A stretch of DNA of 64,000 nt from an uncultured Candidatus Berkelbacteria bacterium (GTDB taxonomy: Bacteria; Patescibacteriota; UBA1384; UBA12157; JAENIV01). The notes under the pieces are model-generated. The model was not told the origin of the DNA, searched no databases, and saw only the letters and a list, made by a program, of their open reading frames with translations. The position numbers and the translations under genes were made by a program. Numbering within the stretch: position 1 is the stretch's first letter; each line of letters opens with the position of its first letter. The stretch lies in contig OY969116.1 in NCBI GenBank assembly GCA_963698075.1, forward strand, positions 400,097 to 464,096. The letters are read 5' to 3'. Below, piece after piece: positions 29,519 to 37,438 of the stretch.

Positions 29519-30091
29519 TCACGCTTGATTATCAATAGTCTTATTTGACTGATTAAATTTTACTCTGATTTTGTTAACAATATAAATTGCTAATAATCCA
29601 TATCCCAACCCCAAAATTGTCCCTGCCAAAACATCAGTTGGATAATGCATGCCGTTATGCATTCTAGCAAAAGCCATGAGTAGCACGAAAATTAACGCCA
29701 GAGGCCAGGTTTTTCGATAAAAATATACAAAAACTGTCAAAACACCTAAAGTGCTTGCCATGTGGCTTGAGGGAAAAGATGAATCGGTGAAAGCTTTACC
29801 GACTGCCATAATTTCTCCTGGATGACCAATCCATGGTCTGATTCTGGATGGGAAAAAAGTCAAAATAGCATGTTTCAATAGACCTTCGGAGATAAGAAAA
29901 TGCAAAGCCAAAGCGATCAAAACTGCGATAAAGACCCATTTACCATTCTTCTTGTCTAAGAATAAAGCTAGAAAAGCTAAAACGGACCAAAGAATTATCA
30001 AAAAAGGAATTAAACTGACGAATGCGGTAATTTTATCAACAAAAGTCCCTTGACCGAGATGATTTAAAAAATAAACTATTTTGTATTCGAT
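29519..30091 (-). CDS. PAP2-family phosphatase (undecaprenyl-PP phosphatase-like); start uncertain
   Basis: K......RIRP, SFPSSH, ARMHNGMHYPTDV. The frame stays open upstream to ATC at 30091. Confidence 0.9.
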   Translation of the reverse strand: MEYKIVYFLNHLGQGTFVDKITAFVSLIPFLIILWSVLAFLALFLDKKNGKWVFIAVLIALALHFLISEGLLKHAILTFFPSRIRPWIGHPGEIMAVGKAFTDSSFPSSHMASTLGVLTVFVYFYRKTWPLALIFVLLMAFARMHNGMHYPTDVLAGTILGLGYGLLAIYIVNKIRVKFNQSNKTIDNQA

Positions 30092-30108
30092 TCATCCCTC
30101 CTTAATAA

Positions 30109-30180
30109 TGGGCGGTGAAGGATTCGAACCTACGACATCCTCGATGTAAACGAGGCGCTCTACCGCTGAGCTAACCGCCC
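30109..30180 (-). tRNA. tRNA-Val(TAC)
   Basis: GGGCGGT acceptor, CCTCG-TTTACAT-CGAGG anticodon arm, GGTTCGAATCC. Confidence 0.95.
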
Positions 30181-30194
30181 GTATATCAGAGCTA

Positions 30195-30383
30195 CTACTT
30201 TTCTTTATGGAAGAAAATTAAATAGCCATCTATTACCATGCCTAAAAAACTAATTATCAATCTTGCCCACAGTCGCCAATTATTAACCCCGATTGACAAG
30301 TCATAAATTGCATCTATGAATAAAAATGTAAAAGCAGGAAAACCAAGGTAATCAAATTTTTTCCAAATGTTAGTTTTTTTCAT
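30195..30383 (-). CDS. Small membrane protein (62 aa, 2 TM)
   Basis: MKKTNIWKKFDYLG... filling the gap between two tRNAs. Confidence 0.6.
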   Translation of the reverse strand: MKKTNIWKKFDYLGFPAFTFLFIDAIYDLSIGVNNWRLWARLIISFLGMVIDGYLIFFHKEK

Positions 30384-30386
30384 AGC

Positions 30387-30473
30387 TGGTGCCCGGAAGA
30401 GGACTCGAACCTCCAAGACCTTTCGGTCACTACCACCTCAAGGTAGCGCGTGTGCCAATTTCGCCATCCGGGC
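30387..30473 (-). tRNA. tRNA-Leu(GAG), CCA encoded
   Basis: CTACC-TTGAGGT-GGTAG anticodon arm, variable arm GACCGAAAGGTC, ends GGGCACCA. Confidence 0.96.
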
Positions 30474-30523
30474 ATAAGATTATTTTACCTGAAAATTCGT
30501 TAAGTTTCAACCAGTTTACAGAA

Positions 30524-30546
30524 ATCCCCCGTCAACGACGAGGGAT
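30524..30546 (-). terminator. Hairpin downstream of the purF-like gene
   Basis: ATCCCCCGTC-AAC-GACGAGGGAT. Confidence 0.55.
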
Positions 30547-30561
30547 AAGAAAAAAGATCGT

Positions 30562-31821
30562 TTAGCAAAGACAAGCGACGCAGTAGATTCGCTCGGGAGT
30601 ACCAATGGCCTGTATTAATTCCTCAAGTGGCAAAGTGAAGGTGGCTGAAACCCCTAAGGCTTGGCTAATCTTCGGCAAGGTTAAACGGCGATCAATAAGA
30701 TCTTCACTGTTATAGGCGGCATCGCCATGAGGACATGAAGAACTACCAATTGAGCCGACTGCCGCCAAAACATCAGTGGCCCCTCGAGCACGGCATTGTT
30801 CTGCCATATGGGCAATCTTGGCCCCGGAACGAATCTGATCATCAATAAGAACGATCCGACGGCCAGCGACATTTGGGAGAGGCGTAAGATCGAAATTCTC
30901 AGAAAGCCCAATCTTTTTAGCAGCCAATTTCATGTGGGCAGGCACTGAATAGAGCGACTTTATCGAACCAGCTGGATCGACTTTGATCCCCGAAGTTTGG
31001 CCGAAACCGATGCAAAACGGACGGCCGCCTTCGAGTATCGGGATCCCCTTGTATTCTTCGGCCCTATTCGCTCCAGGAGATACAAGATATTGGGCAAACC
31101 TCTTTCCCAACCGCCTACCTATATCGAGACGAATCGCATTGATCTCTCTGTTACCACTCAGATTACCTGGACGCTGTTTGAAAAGAACTTCATTGACACA
31201 ATGTCGAGGATCAGCTCGATCTAAGACCACGATTTCTTCTCGAGCTTCTTGAGTGATCACCTGGAGGCTGCCTGGCGCGACCGTGTCTAAGAAAAAACCA
31301 TCGACGAGAACGCCACTCTGTGAGGCGACGTAGAAACCAGAAAAACCATCGAGCTCAATCTCGCCGATAGTCAAGGGCTTTATGCCACTATTCCTGGCGG
31401 CAATTAGACCGTGGTCGCCTGACAAAACTACAAGAGCAAACGGATCAGGAATCTCAATCAGCGCCTGTCTGACCGCGCCGATCACATCCTGTGACTCAGT
31501 TAGTAAATTGGCAATGATCGAAGTTATGGCTCTGGTCGCATCGACTGCAAAGGCAAGTTGACGGCTAGAGTCCGATAAGTCAATAGGTTGAAGAACGCTT
31601 GTCGCGCAACCATTATGGCCAATCGCAACCCTACCATTGAATTTGGGATATCCTGGGAAAACCTCAATCGCCTTCCCCGGAGCTTTCTCAAGATGAATTC
31701 CGTGATCGGTTAAGGCGGCAATTCCTGTCGAATGTTCACCGGCGTATATTTGCAAACAGAGCGCCATGACTACTTGAGGAACAACATCATTATTGCCAAT
31801 GACTCCCAACACTCGACACAT
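30562..31821 (-). CDS. purF: Divergent amidophosphoribosyltransferase-like protein
   Basis: N-terminal MC (Ntn Cys), GIKPL.IG, VASQS, PRPP-loop-like VLIDDQIRSG, C-terminal YCVAC. AGAGGAGG SD. Confidence 0.75.
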   Translation of the reverse strand: MCRVLGVIGNNDVVPQVVMALCLQIYAGEHSTGIAALTDHGIHLEKAPGKAIEVFPGYPKFNGRVAIGHNGCATSVLQPIDLSDSSRQLAFAVDATRAITSIIANLLTESQDVIGAVRQALIEIPDPFALVVLSGDHGLIAARNSGIKPLTIGEIELDGFSGFYVASQSGVLVDGFFLDTVAPGSLQVITQEAREEIVVLDRADPRHCVNEVLFKQRPGNLSGNREINAIRLDIGRRLGKRFAQYLVSPGANRAEEYKGIPILEGGRPFCIGFGQTSGIKVDPAGSIKSLYSVPAHMKLAAKKIGLSENFDLTPLPNVAGRRIVLIDDQIRSGAKIAHMAEQCRARGATDVLAAVGSIGSSSCPHGDAAYNSEDLIDRRLTLPKISQALGVSATFTLPLEELIQAIGTPERIYCVACLC

Positions 31822-31920
31822 CTTGGTATCCTCCTCTAGCACTCAAAAAGAGCGCCGTTTGTCTTGGTGCTCCCTTGCTTAAAATAACAAATAATAAATA
31901 AAAGTAAAGTCTAATAAAAA

Positions 31921-32003
31921 TGCCCGAGGAGAGATTTGAACTCTCACGACCTTGCGGTCACGGCGTTCTGAACGCCGCCTGTCTACCATTCCAGCACTCG
32001 GGC
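31921..32003 (-). tRNA. tRNA-Leu(CAG)
   Basis: CGGCG-TTCAGAA-CGCCG anticodon arm, variable arm GACCGCAAGGTC. Confidence 0.96.
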
Positions 32004-32029
32004 AATATTTTTTTTATTCCGACGGAATT

Positions 32030-33415
32030 TTAATCCTTTTTTATTCTCTTTGTCTCAGTATACCAAGAAGCCACATTTAAGAAACGATCGGCTTCATTAG
32101 AACCAACAATATAATCAACACCGCCAACATTTTTTGAAATTTGATAATAATAATTTTGATGTTCAACCACAAACATGGGTATTTCCGAATCTAAAATTTT
32201 CCTAAAGGCGATATAATCATCCTCTCGCTTTTTAAAATCAAACTCCTGACGAGCTTGTTCAAGAAGTTTGTCAGCCTCAGTATTTTTGAAATTTGATAAA
32301 TTCATACCATCTTCCTTCGTCTGTGACGAATGCCAGAAAGGATAAAGGTCAGGGTCTTCACCGTAATCCAAACCGTATAAAAGCAAGTCATAATCTCTTT
32401 TGGGAATGGTTGTTTTTTGTAAAGTAACGTTGTCTTTAATATCCAAATTTACTTTAATCCCATTTTGGGCCCATTTCTCAATCATTATTTTGGCGATTTC
32501 TTCATTTTTAGGACTATCGGAAGTCACCAACCTAAGATTCAAATCTTTATTTATTGATGTATTTTCCTTTAATGCCTTCCTCACATTTTTATCCTGCAAG
32601 CTGGGACGCGAAAGATTAAAAAACAAAATCAAATCTCGAGGCAAATTCATCTCAAATTTTAAAAAATCTCCAATCTGGTAACTTTCGGCGGGCAAACCAA
32701 AACCATCAATATCACCTCTCTTGGCCGCTTTAATGACCTCATCTTGACTACTATAAAGCTTAATAATGATGGTGTTCAGGTAGGGTCTGCCATCGTAGTA
32801 ACTTTCATTGGCTGCCAATTCAACCTCATTTTTGTTCTCTTTAGCGATTCGATAAGGACCATATGGGAAGATCGGTTCGGTGGAAGTGTAAAGGAAAGGA
32901 CTAAACGGTTGCCTGAAAGTGAAGGTTAAAGTCCGAGGATCAGGCGTGGAAATATCAATATCTCGCCAGACATTCTTAGCCAAGATTTGGCTGGCCAAAT
33001 CTTGGCTATCGAATCCCTCTCTTAAATAAAATTCATAAATCTTTCCATCATTTTTAACTTCCCATTTCTCAGCAATATCCCCCACAATATTTTTATCTTT
33101 GTCGTAGCGGGTCAAACCGGCATTGACTAAGCGTGTCAGATTTTTATCAATATCTTTGCTTTCACCCACTAACCCTTCTCTGAATTGACCGCCATGGGCG
33201 GCCACTAGTTTAGTTCCCTCAAGCCAGGCGTGATATATGAACCAGCCGCTGCCAAAAAGGATCATCCCGAAAAGAGTCAAAAGAACAAATTTCTCTAGAC
33301 GACTAAAAACCTTTGGCAGAAACTTCATCGCTTGAAGACTATCTTTCCAGGGATATTCTTGAAGAAAGTTACGGGCAAACAATCTTTTTTTAAATTTGAG
33401 TGAGGGTAATTTCAT
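32030..33415 (-). CDS. ABC transporter substrate-binding protein, family 5 (peptide/nickel-type)
   Basis: GGQFREG, GDIAEKWEV..DGKIYEFYLR, GPYRI, DPDLYPFWHSSQ. Confidence 0.88.
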   Translation of the reverse strand: MKLPSLKFKKRLFARNFLQEYPWKDSLQAMKFLPKVFSRLEKFVLLTLFGMILFGSGWFIYHAWLEGTKLVAAHGGQFREGLVGESKDIDKNLTRLVNAGLTRYDKDKNIVGDIAEKWEVKNDGKIYEFYLREGFDSQDLASQILAKNVWRDIDISTPDPRTLTFTFRQPFSPFLYTSTEPIFPYGPYRIAKENKNEVELAANESYYDGRPYLNTIIIKLYSSQDEVIKAAKRGDIDGFGLPAESYQIGDFLKFEMNLPRDLILFFNLSRPSLQDKNVRKALKENTSINKDLNLRLVTSDSPKNEEIAKIMIEKWAQNGIKVNLDIKDNVTLQKTTIPKRDYDLLLYGLDYGEDPDLYPFWHSSQTKEDGMNLSNFKNTEADKLLEQARQEFDFKKREDDYIAFRKILDSEIPMFVVEHQNYYYQISKNVGGVDYIVGSNEADRFLNVASWYTETKRIKKD

Positions 33416-33450
33416 ATATAAAGAATTTTAAGAGAACTGTATACCCAGCA

Positions 33451-33666
33451 TCATATCAACAAATTGACAATACTTAAAATCACAAATAAGAGGGCTAAAA
33501 TAATTGTTAAATAAAATAAAAATTTTTCTGCTCCTCGACGCGAACGATAAACTGAACCCTCTCCCCCGAAAGCTCCACCCAAAGATGTCCCTCGATGTTG
33601 CAGAAGAATAGCAATCATGAGCAAAACCGCAAGGATAATTTGAACGATCAAAAAAATTTGTTGCAT
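33451..33666 (-). CDS. secG: Preprotein translocase subunit SecG
   Basis: ILLQHRGTSLGGAFGG...RRGAEKFL. Confidence 0.93.
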   Translation of the reverse strand: MQQIFLIVQIILAVLLMIAILLQHRGTSLGGAFGGEGSVYRSRRGAEKFLFYLTIILALLFVILSIVNLLI

Positions 33667-33680
33667 TTTTCCTTCTAATG

Positions 33681-33752
33681 AGGCCTGGGCGAGATTTGCA
33701 CTCGCGTATAGCGGTTTTGCAGACCGCTGCCTTACTACTTGGCTACCAGGCC
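33681..33752 (-). tRNA. tRNA-Cys(GCA)
   Basis: GGCCTGG acceptor, GCGGT-CTGCAAA-ACCGC anticodon arm, U discriminator. T-loop is TGCAAAT. Confidence 0.92.
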
Positions 33753-33755
33753 AAA

Positions 33756-33827
33756 AGCGAGAGACGGGAATTGGACCCGCTACCTTCTCCTTGGCAAGGA
33801 GACGTTCTACCGATGAACTACTCTCGC
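33756..33827 (-). tRNA. tRNA-Gly(GCC)
   Basis: GCGAGAG acceptor, TCTCC-TTGCCAA-GGAGA anticodon arm. T-loop is TCCAATT. Confidence 0.93.
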
Positions 33828-33861
33828 ATTAAAGCAGATTTAGACACTCTAGCATGCGCTG

Positions 33862-33881
33862 CGATGAACTACTCTCGCATT
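33862..33881. repeat. 20-nt direct repeat of the tRNA-Gly 5' end
   Basis: CGATGAACTACTCTCGCATT occurs identically at 33811-33830 and 33862-33881. Confidence 0.85.
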
Positions 33882-33968
33882 GTACTCGCGAATCGCAGGT
33901 CTTAATATATTTTATCAGATCTCTCTTGTCAAGGCAATGAAGCTATGGGATAATAGGTTTGAGCAATT

Positions 33969-34319
33969 ATGTCAAAAAAAGATAAATCTAAATTTCGCCG
34001 CCGTCTTCGAGCTGAGATTCTTAAACAAATGAGCCAATCTCAAATTCCAAGATCGGCGCCGGCGACGTCAAACCCTTCAATATCTTCTATCAAGCCAGAA
34101 ATTCAAGAAGCTCCTGGGACGGTCAAAACCCAGCCCACCAATATTGCTCCAGCAATCACTGACGCTTTAGTCCTTGTTCGGACCGATCTCAAAAAAAGCG
34201 CCATTATTATCAGCTCGATAATTATCTTAATCGTCGTTCTTTATTTTATCGACCTCAAAACCGGCGTCTTACTCAAAGCTACCAACGAAATCTTTAAAAC
34301 CCTCCACATTGGAACCTAA
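33969..34319 (+). CDS. Hypothetical membrane protein
   Basis: Basic N-terminus, Pro/Ser linker and a single C-terminal TM helix. Confidence 0.7.
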   Translation: MSKKDKSKFRRRLRAEILKQMSQSQIPRSAPATSNPSISSIKPEIQEAPGTVKTQPTNIAPAITDALVLVRTDLKKSAIIISSIIILIVVLYFIDLKTGVLLKATNEIFKTLHIGT

Positions 34320-35848
34320 TAAATCGAGTGTTCTTTGGGCCGATATTGCAATGCCTCCGCAATATGGCCGGAGTTGATATTTTGCATTCCGGCTAAATCA
34401 GCAATCGTGCGAGCTAGTTTGAGCACGCGGGTGTATTGACGGGCGGACAAATTTAATTGATGCATGGCTGCTCGTAAGAGATCTTTACTGTGGATATCTA
34501 ATTTACAATATTCTTTAATTTCTTTAGGTGCCATTTCCGAATTAGTTTTTTTCTGACGTTTAATTTGAATTTTGCGGGCTTTTTGGACTCTCGCGCGGAT
34601 CTTGACTGACTCTTCCGCCACTTTCTCATCTGCTAATTTCTCATATTTGACACGCGGGACTTCAATATGAATATCAATCCGGTCAATGAGAGGTCCGGAA
34701 ACTCTTTTCTGATATCTCAAGATTTGTGTCGGTGCGCAAATACACGATTTAACCGGATCGCCTAAATAACCGCAGGGGCAAGGATTTTGCGCCGCCACCA
34801 GAATAAATTTTGCCGGGAATTCAAGCGATCCTTGTGCTCGCGAAACAGTCATCACCCCGTCTTCAAGTGGTTGTCTCAAGGCCTCCAGAACTGACCGCGG
34901 GAATTCAGCAAATTCGTCCATAAACAACACCCCGCGATGGGCTAGGGTAATTTCGCCCGGTCGCGGAAAAGTTCCACCGCCCACCAAAGCAACGTTAGAA
35001 GTAGTATGATGTGGCGAACGAAATGGACGGATATTTACGAACGGCTCATGATTAGAAAGTAAACCTGCGACCGAATAAATTTTAGTGACCTCAAGGATCT
35101 CGTCATCCAATAAATTAGGAAGAATCGAGGGAACCGTCCGGGCCAAAAGCGTTTTGCCTGCCCCTGGCGGACCGATCATCAAAATGTTGTGGCCACCGGC
35201 GGCAGCAATTTCTAAAGCCCGTTTAGCTTGTTCTTGCCCCTTGATATAGGCCATGTCGTATTCATATTTTTGAGGGTTTTGGATTCTAAATTTTTTATAA
35301 TACGAGGGCAATGTTTTTTCATTCTTGAAATATAAAATGAGATCCTTTAAATTTTCAGCTGGCAGTATTTGAATTTTTTTAACCAGAGAGGCCTCATCTT
35401 TATTGCCCTCAGGCAAAATAATGGTGGGAAATTTCTTAGAAAGCGTCGAAACTATCGGCAAAACACCCTTGATATGGCGAAGACTGCCATTTAGAGCGAG
35501 TTCACCGACAAACAATACCTGCCTGCCGGCAAGGCAGGTTTTTCCCTCCACCGCTGGTATTTTTTCATCGGCAATCAAAATTCCAATGGCAATCGCCAAA
35601 TCGTAGGCCGGGCCTTCCTTTTTAATATCCGCCGGGGCCAAATTAACCGTTATTCGTTTAGTGGGAAAATTAAAGCCGGAATTTTTAATCGCCGCCCTCA
35701 CCCGCTCCTTTGATTCTTCAACCGCTTTGTCCGGCAGTCCAACGATAGTAAATGAAGGCAGCCCTTGAGCCGAAATATCAACTTCAACTTCCACCGGAAA
35801 AGCTTCCAGTCCGATCACTGCCGCAGAATTAACTTTCGCTAAAGCCAT
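34316..35848 (-). CDS. comM: ComM/YifB Mg-chelatase-like AAA+ ATPase
   Basis: IVGLPD..V.ES.ERV, NLAPAD..KEG, GPPGAGKT, PFRSPHH, LAHRGVLFMDE, NPCPCG. Confidence 0.96.
   Translation of the reverse strand: MALAKVNSAAVIGLEAFPVEVEVDISAQGLPSFTIVGLPDKAVEESKERVRAAIKNSGFNFPTKRITVNLAPADIKKEGPAYDLAIAIGILIADEKIPAVEGKTCLAGRQVLFVGELALNGSLRHIKGVLPIVSTLSKKFPTIILPEGNKDEASLVKKIQILPAENLKDLILYFKNEKTLPSYYKKFRIQNPQKYEYDMAYIKGQEQAKRALEIAAAGGHNILMIGPPGAGKTLLARTVPSILPNLLDDEILEVTKIYSVAGLLSNHEPFVNIRPFRSPHHTTSNVALVGGGTFPRPGEITLAHRGVLFMDEFAEFPRSVLEALRQPLEDGVMTVSRAQGSLEFPAKFILVAAQNPCPCGYLGDPVKSCICAPTQILRYQKRVSGPLIDRIDIHIEVPRVKYEKLADEKVAEESVKIRARVQKARKIQIKRQKKTNSEMAPKEIKEYCKLDIHSKDLLRAAMHQLNLSARQYTRVLKLARTIADLAGMQNINSGHIAEALQYRPKEHSIY
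35517..35539. repeat. CCTGCCTGCCGGCAGGCAGG-family palindrome, in frame in comM
   Basis: ACCTGCCTGCCGGCAAGGCAGGT encoding TCLAGRQ just before LFVGEL. Confidence 0.85.
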
Positions 35849-35854
35849 GAAACC

Positions 35855-36739
35855 TCAATCTTTTAAAAACTTAGTCACCAACTTTTCCGCTTCTTCGTAG
35901 CGCGAGACCCATTTGATATCTTTGTTTTTGCGAAACCAAGTTTCTTGGCGGCGGACATAGGCATGAGTATTAGTTTTGATTTTGGCGATGGCTTCTTTAA
36001 AAGTCGTCTTGCCGCGCAAATAATCAATGATTTCTTTGTAGCCGATAGTATTAAAAACTGGCAAATCCCAATTATATTTCTTAATCAGTTCGCGGACTTC
36101 TCTAACTAATCCGTCTTTAACCATTTGTTCAACCCGAGCATCAATTTTTGAGTAAACAGTTTCACGGTCGGTTTTTATGCCAATGATTAAGGCATCAAAT
36201 TTTGGTTTTAATTTTTTCTGAAATTGACTGAAAGGTTTTTTAGCTAAGATCGAGACTTCCAAAGCGCGAATTATTCGCCGCTTATTTTTCGGATCAATTT
36301 TTAAGGCCGTTTTGGGATCAAGTTTTTTTAACTTTTCATATAATTCATTTTCCGAAAGTTTTTCCAATTTTTTTCTTAAATCTTGGCTTTGCTCTTTGAC
36401 CCCCGGTAAAACATAGCCATATAAAACCGCATAAAGATATAATCCGGATCCACCGGCGATGATTGGCAAAGCATGCATCGCCAGATATTGGTTAATGAGA
36501 TCATTGGCTAATTTTTGCCAGTCCCAGACACTAAATTTTTGGATTGGTTCGACAATGTCAACTAAATCTTGATGAAAGGTTTTATCTTTAGCCGTGCCAA
36601 TATCTAAACCACGATAAATTTGACGTGAATCGGCCGAAATTACTTTTCCTTGGAATTTCCCTGCTATTCGTTTCGCCCATTCAGTCTTGCCAGAACCGGT
36701 CGGCCCCACAATTGCGACAATTTTGTTATTCTTTTTCAT
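35855..36739 (-). CDS. miaA: tRNA dimethylallyltransferase
   Basis: GPTGSGKT, SADSRQIYRGLDIGTAK, RRIIRALE, IGYKE, RRQETWFR. Confidence 0.97.
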   Translation of the reverse strand: MKKNNKIVAIVGPTGSGKTEWAKRIAGKFQGKVISADSRQIYRGLDIGTAKDKTFHQDLVDIVEPIQKFSVWDWQKLANDLINQYLAMHALPIIAGGSGLYLYAVLYGYVLPGVKEQSQDLRKKLEKLSENELYEKLKKLDPKTALKIDPKNKRRIIRALEVSILAKKPFSQFQKKLKPKFDALIIGIKTDRETVYSKIDARVEQMVKDGLVREVRELIKKYNWDLPVFNTIGYKEIIDYLRGKTTFKEAIAKIKTNTHAYVRRQETWFRKNKDIKWVSRYEEAEKLVTKFLKD

Positions 36740-36905
36740 CGAGATTTTTCTCTTTATCCTGAGTTTCATCGAAGGATTTGGCTTTTTTTTGAATGATTTC
36801 TTTTAACTTAAAAACTGATCGGCCAGAAACTTTTTGCTCTTTCTTTTTTGAATTCTTTTTTTTCTTTAGATCTTCTTCGATTTTGTCGTAGTCTTCATTC
36901 ATCAT
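36726..36905 (-). CDS. Small charged hypothetical protein
   Basis: MMNEDYDKIEEDLKKKK...QKVSGRSVFKLKEII between tRNA-Leu and miaA. Confidence 0.5.
   Translation of the reverse strand: MMNEDYDKIEEDLKKKKNSKKKEQKVSGRSVFKLKEIIQKKAKSFDETQDKEKNLDEKE
36753..36777. repeat. REP-like hairpin (ATCCTTCGATGAAACTCAGGATAAA on the minus strand)
   Basis: Resembles the CCTTCGAC..CTCAGG class of short palindromic repeats. Confidence 0.5.
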
Positions 36906-36911
36906 GTTTTC

Positions 36912-36994
36912 TGCCCGCGGAGGGATTTGAACCCCCACGTCCTTTCGGACACGTGGTCCTAAGCCACGCCTGTCTACCATTCCAGCACGCGGGC
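36912..36994 (-). tRNA. tRNA-Leu(TAG)
   Basis: CGTGG-CTTAGGA-CCACG anticodon arm, variable arm GTCCGAAAGGAC. Confidence 0.96.
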
Positions 36995-36997
36995 AAA

Positions 36998-37438
36998 TTA
37001 TTCTTCCCCCACTGTTTCACCAATGGTTACCAAATCTTTCAAATCTTCGAATGTCTTATCGCCAATGCCTTTGATATTTTTTAATTCTTCAATTGATTGG
37101 AAACCGCCTTGAGATTCGCGGTAGGCGATGATGACAGCCGCCCTGGCCGGACCGATGTTGGGAAGCTTATCAAGCTCTTCGGCGCTGGCAGTATTTATAT
37201 TGATTTTATCAGTCTGATTTTCAATTGTTTGCGCTCCAGCGATACTTTTTGACGAATTCTCAGAAAGCTGTTGGCGTAACATTTCATTTTGCTCTCTTAA
37301 TTCAACTATTGTCTGATTCTCACGATTGATCTTTGTCCGATGAGCTTTATCCCACCAAATAACACTGATGCCACCAATAATTATGAGTATTAATCCCGCC
37401 AAAATGAACCAGCGAAATTTTTCTATAAAGACACTCAT
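36998..37438 (-). CDS. comEA: ComEA-family helix-hairpin-helix DNA-binding protein
   Basis: TM helix, then KININTASAEELDKLPNIGP...IKGIG. Confidence 0.92.
   Translation of the reverse strand: MSVFIEKFRWFILAGLILIIIGGISVIWWDKAHRTKINRENQTIVELREQNEMLRQQLSENSSKSIAGAQTIENQTDKININTASAEELDKLPNIGPARAAVIIAYRESQGGFQSIEELKNIKGIGDKTFEDLKDLVTIGETVGEE

Noticed and set aside
31836-31857. CIRCE-like TAGCACTC half-site upstream of the purF-like gene, and GAGTGCT near 55354
   Set aside because: The spacing and second half-site do not match TTAGCACTC-N9-GAGTGCTAA.
33678-33905. 75-aa ORF on the + strand, plus ORF-track N-terminal extensions at 29310-29381, 30384-30416 and 36906-36980
   Set aside because: They overlap tRNA genes and are artefacts of reading through tRNA sequence.
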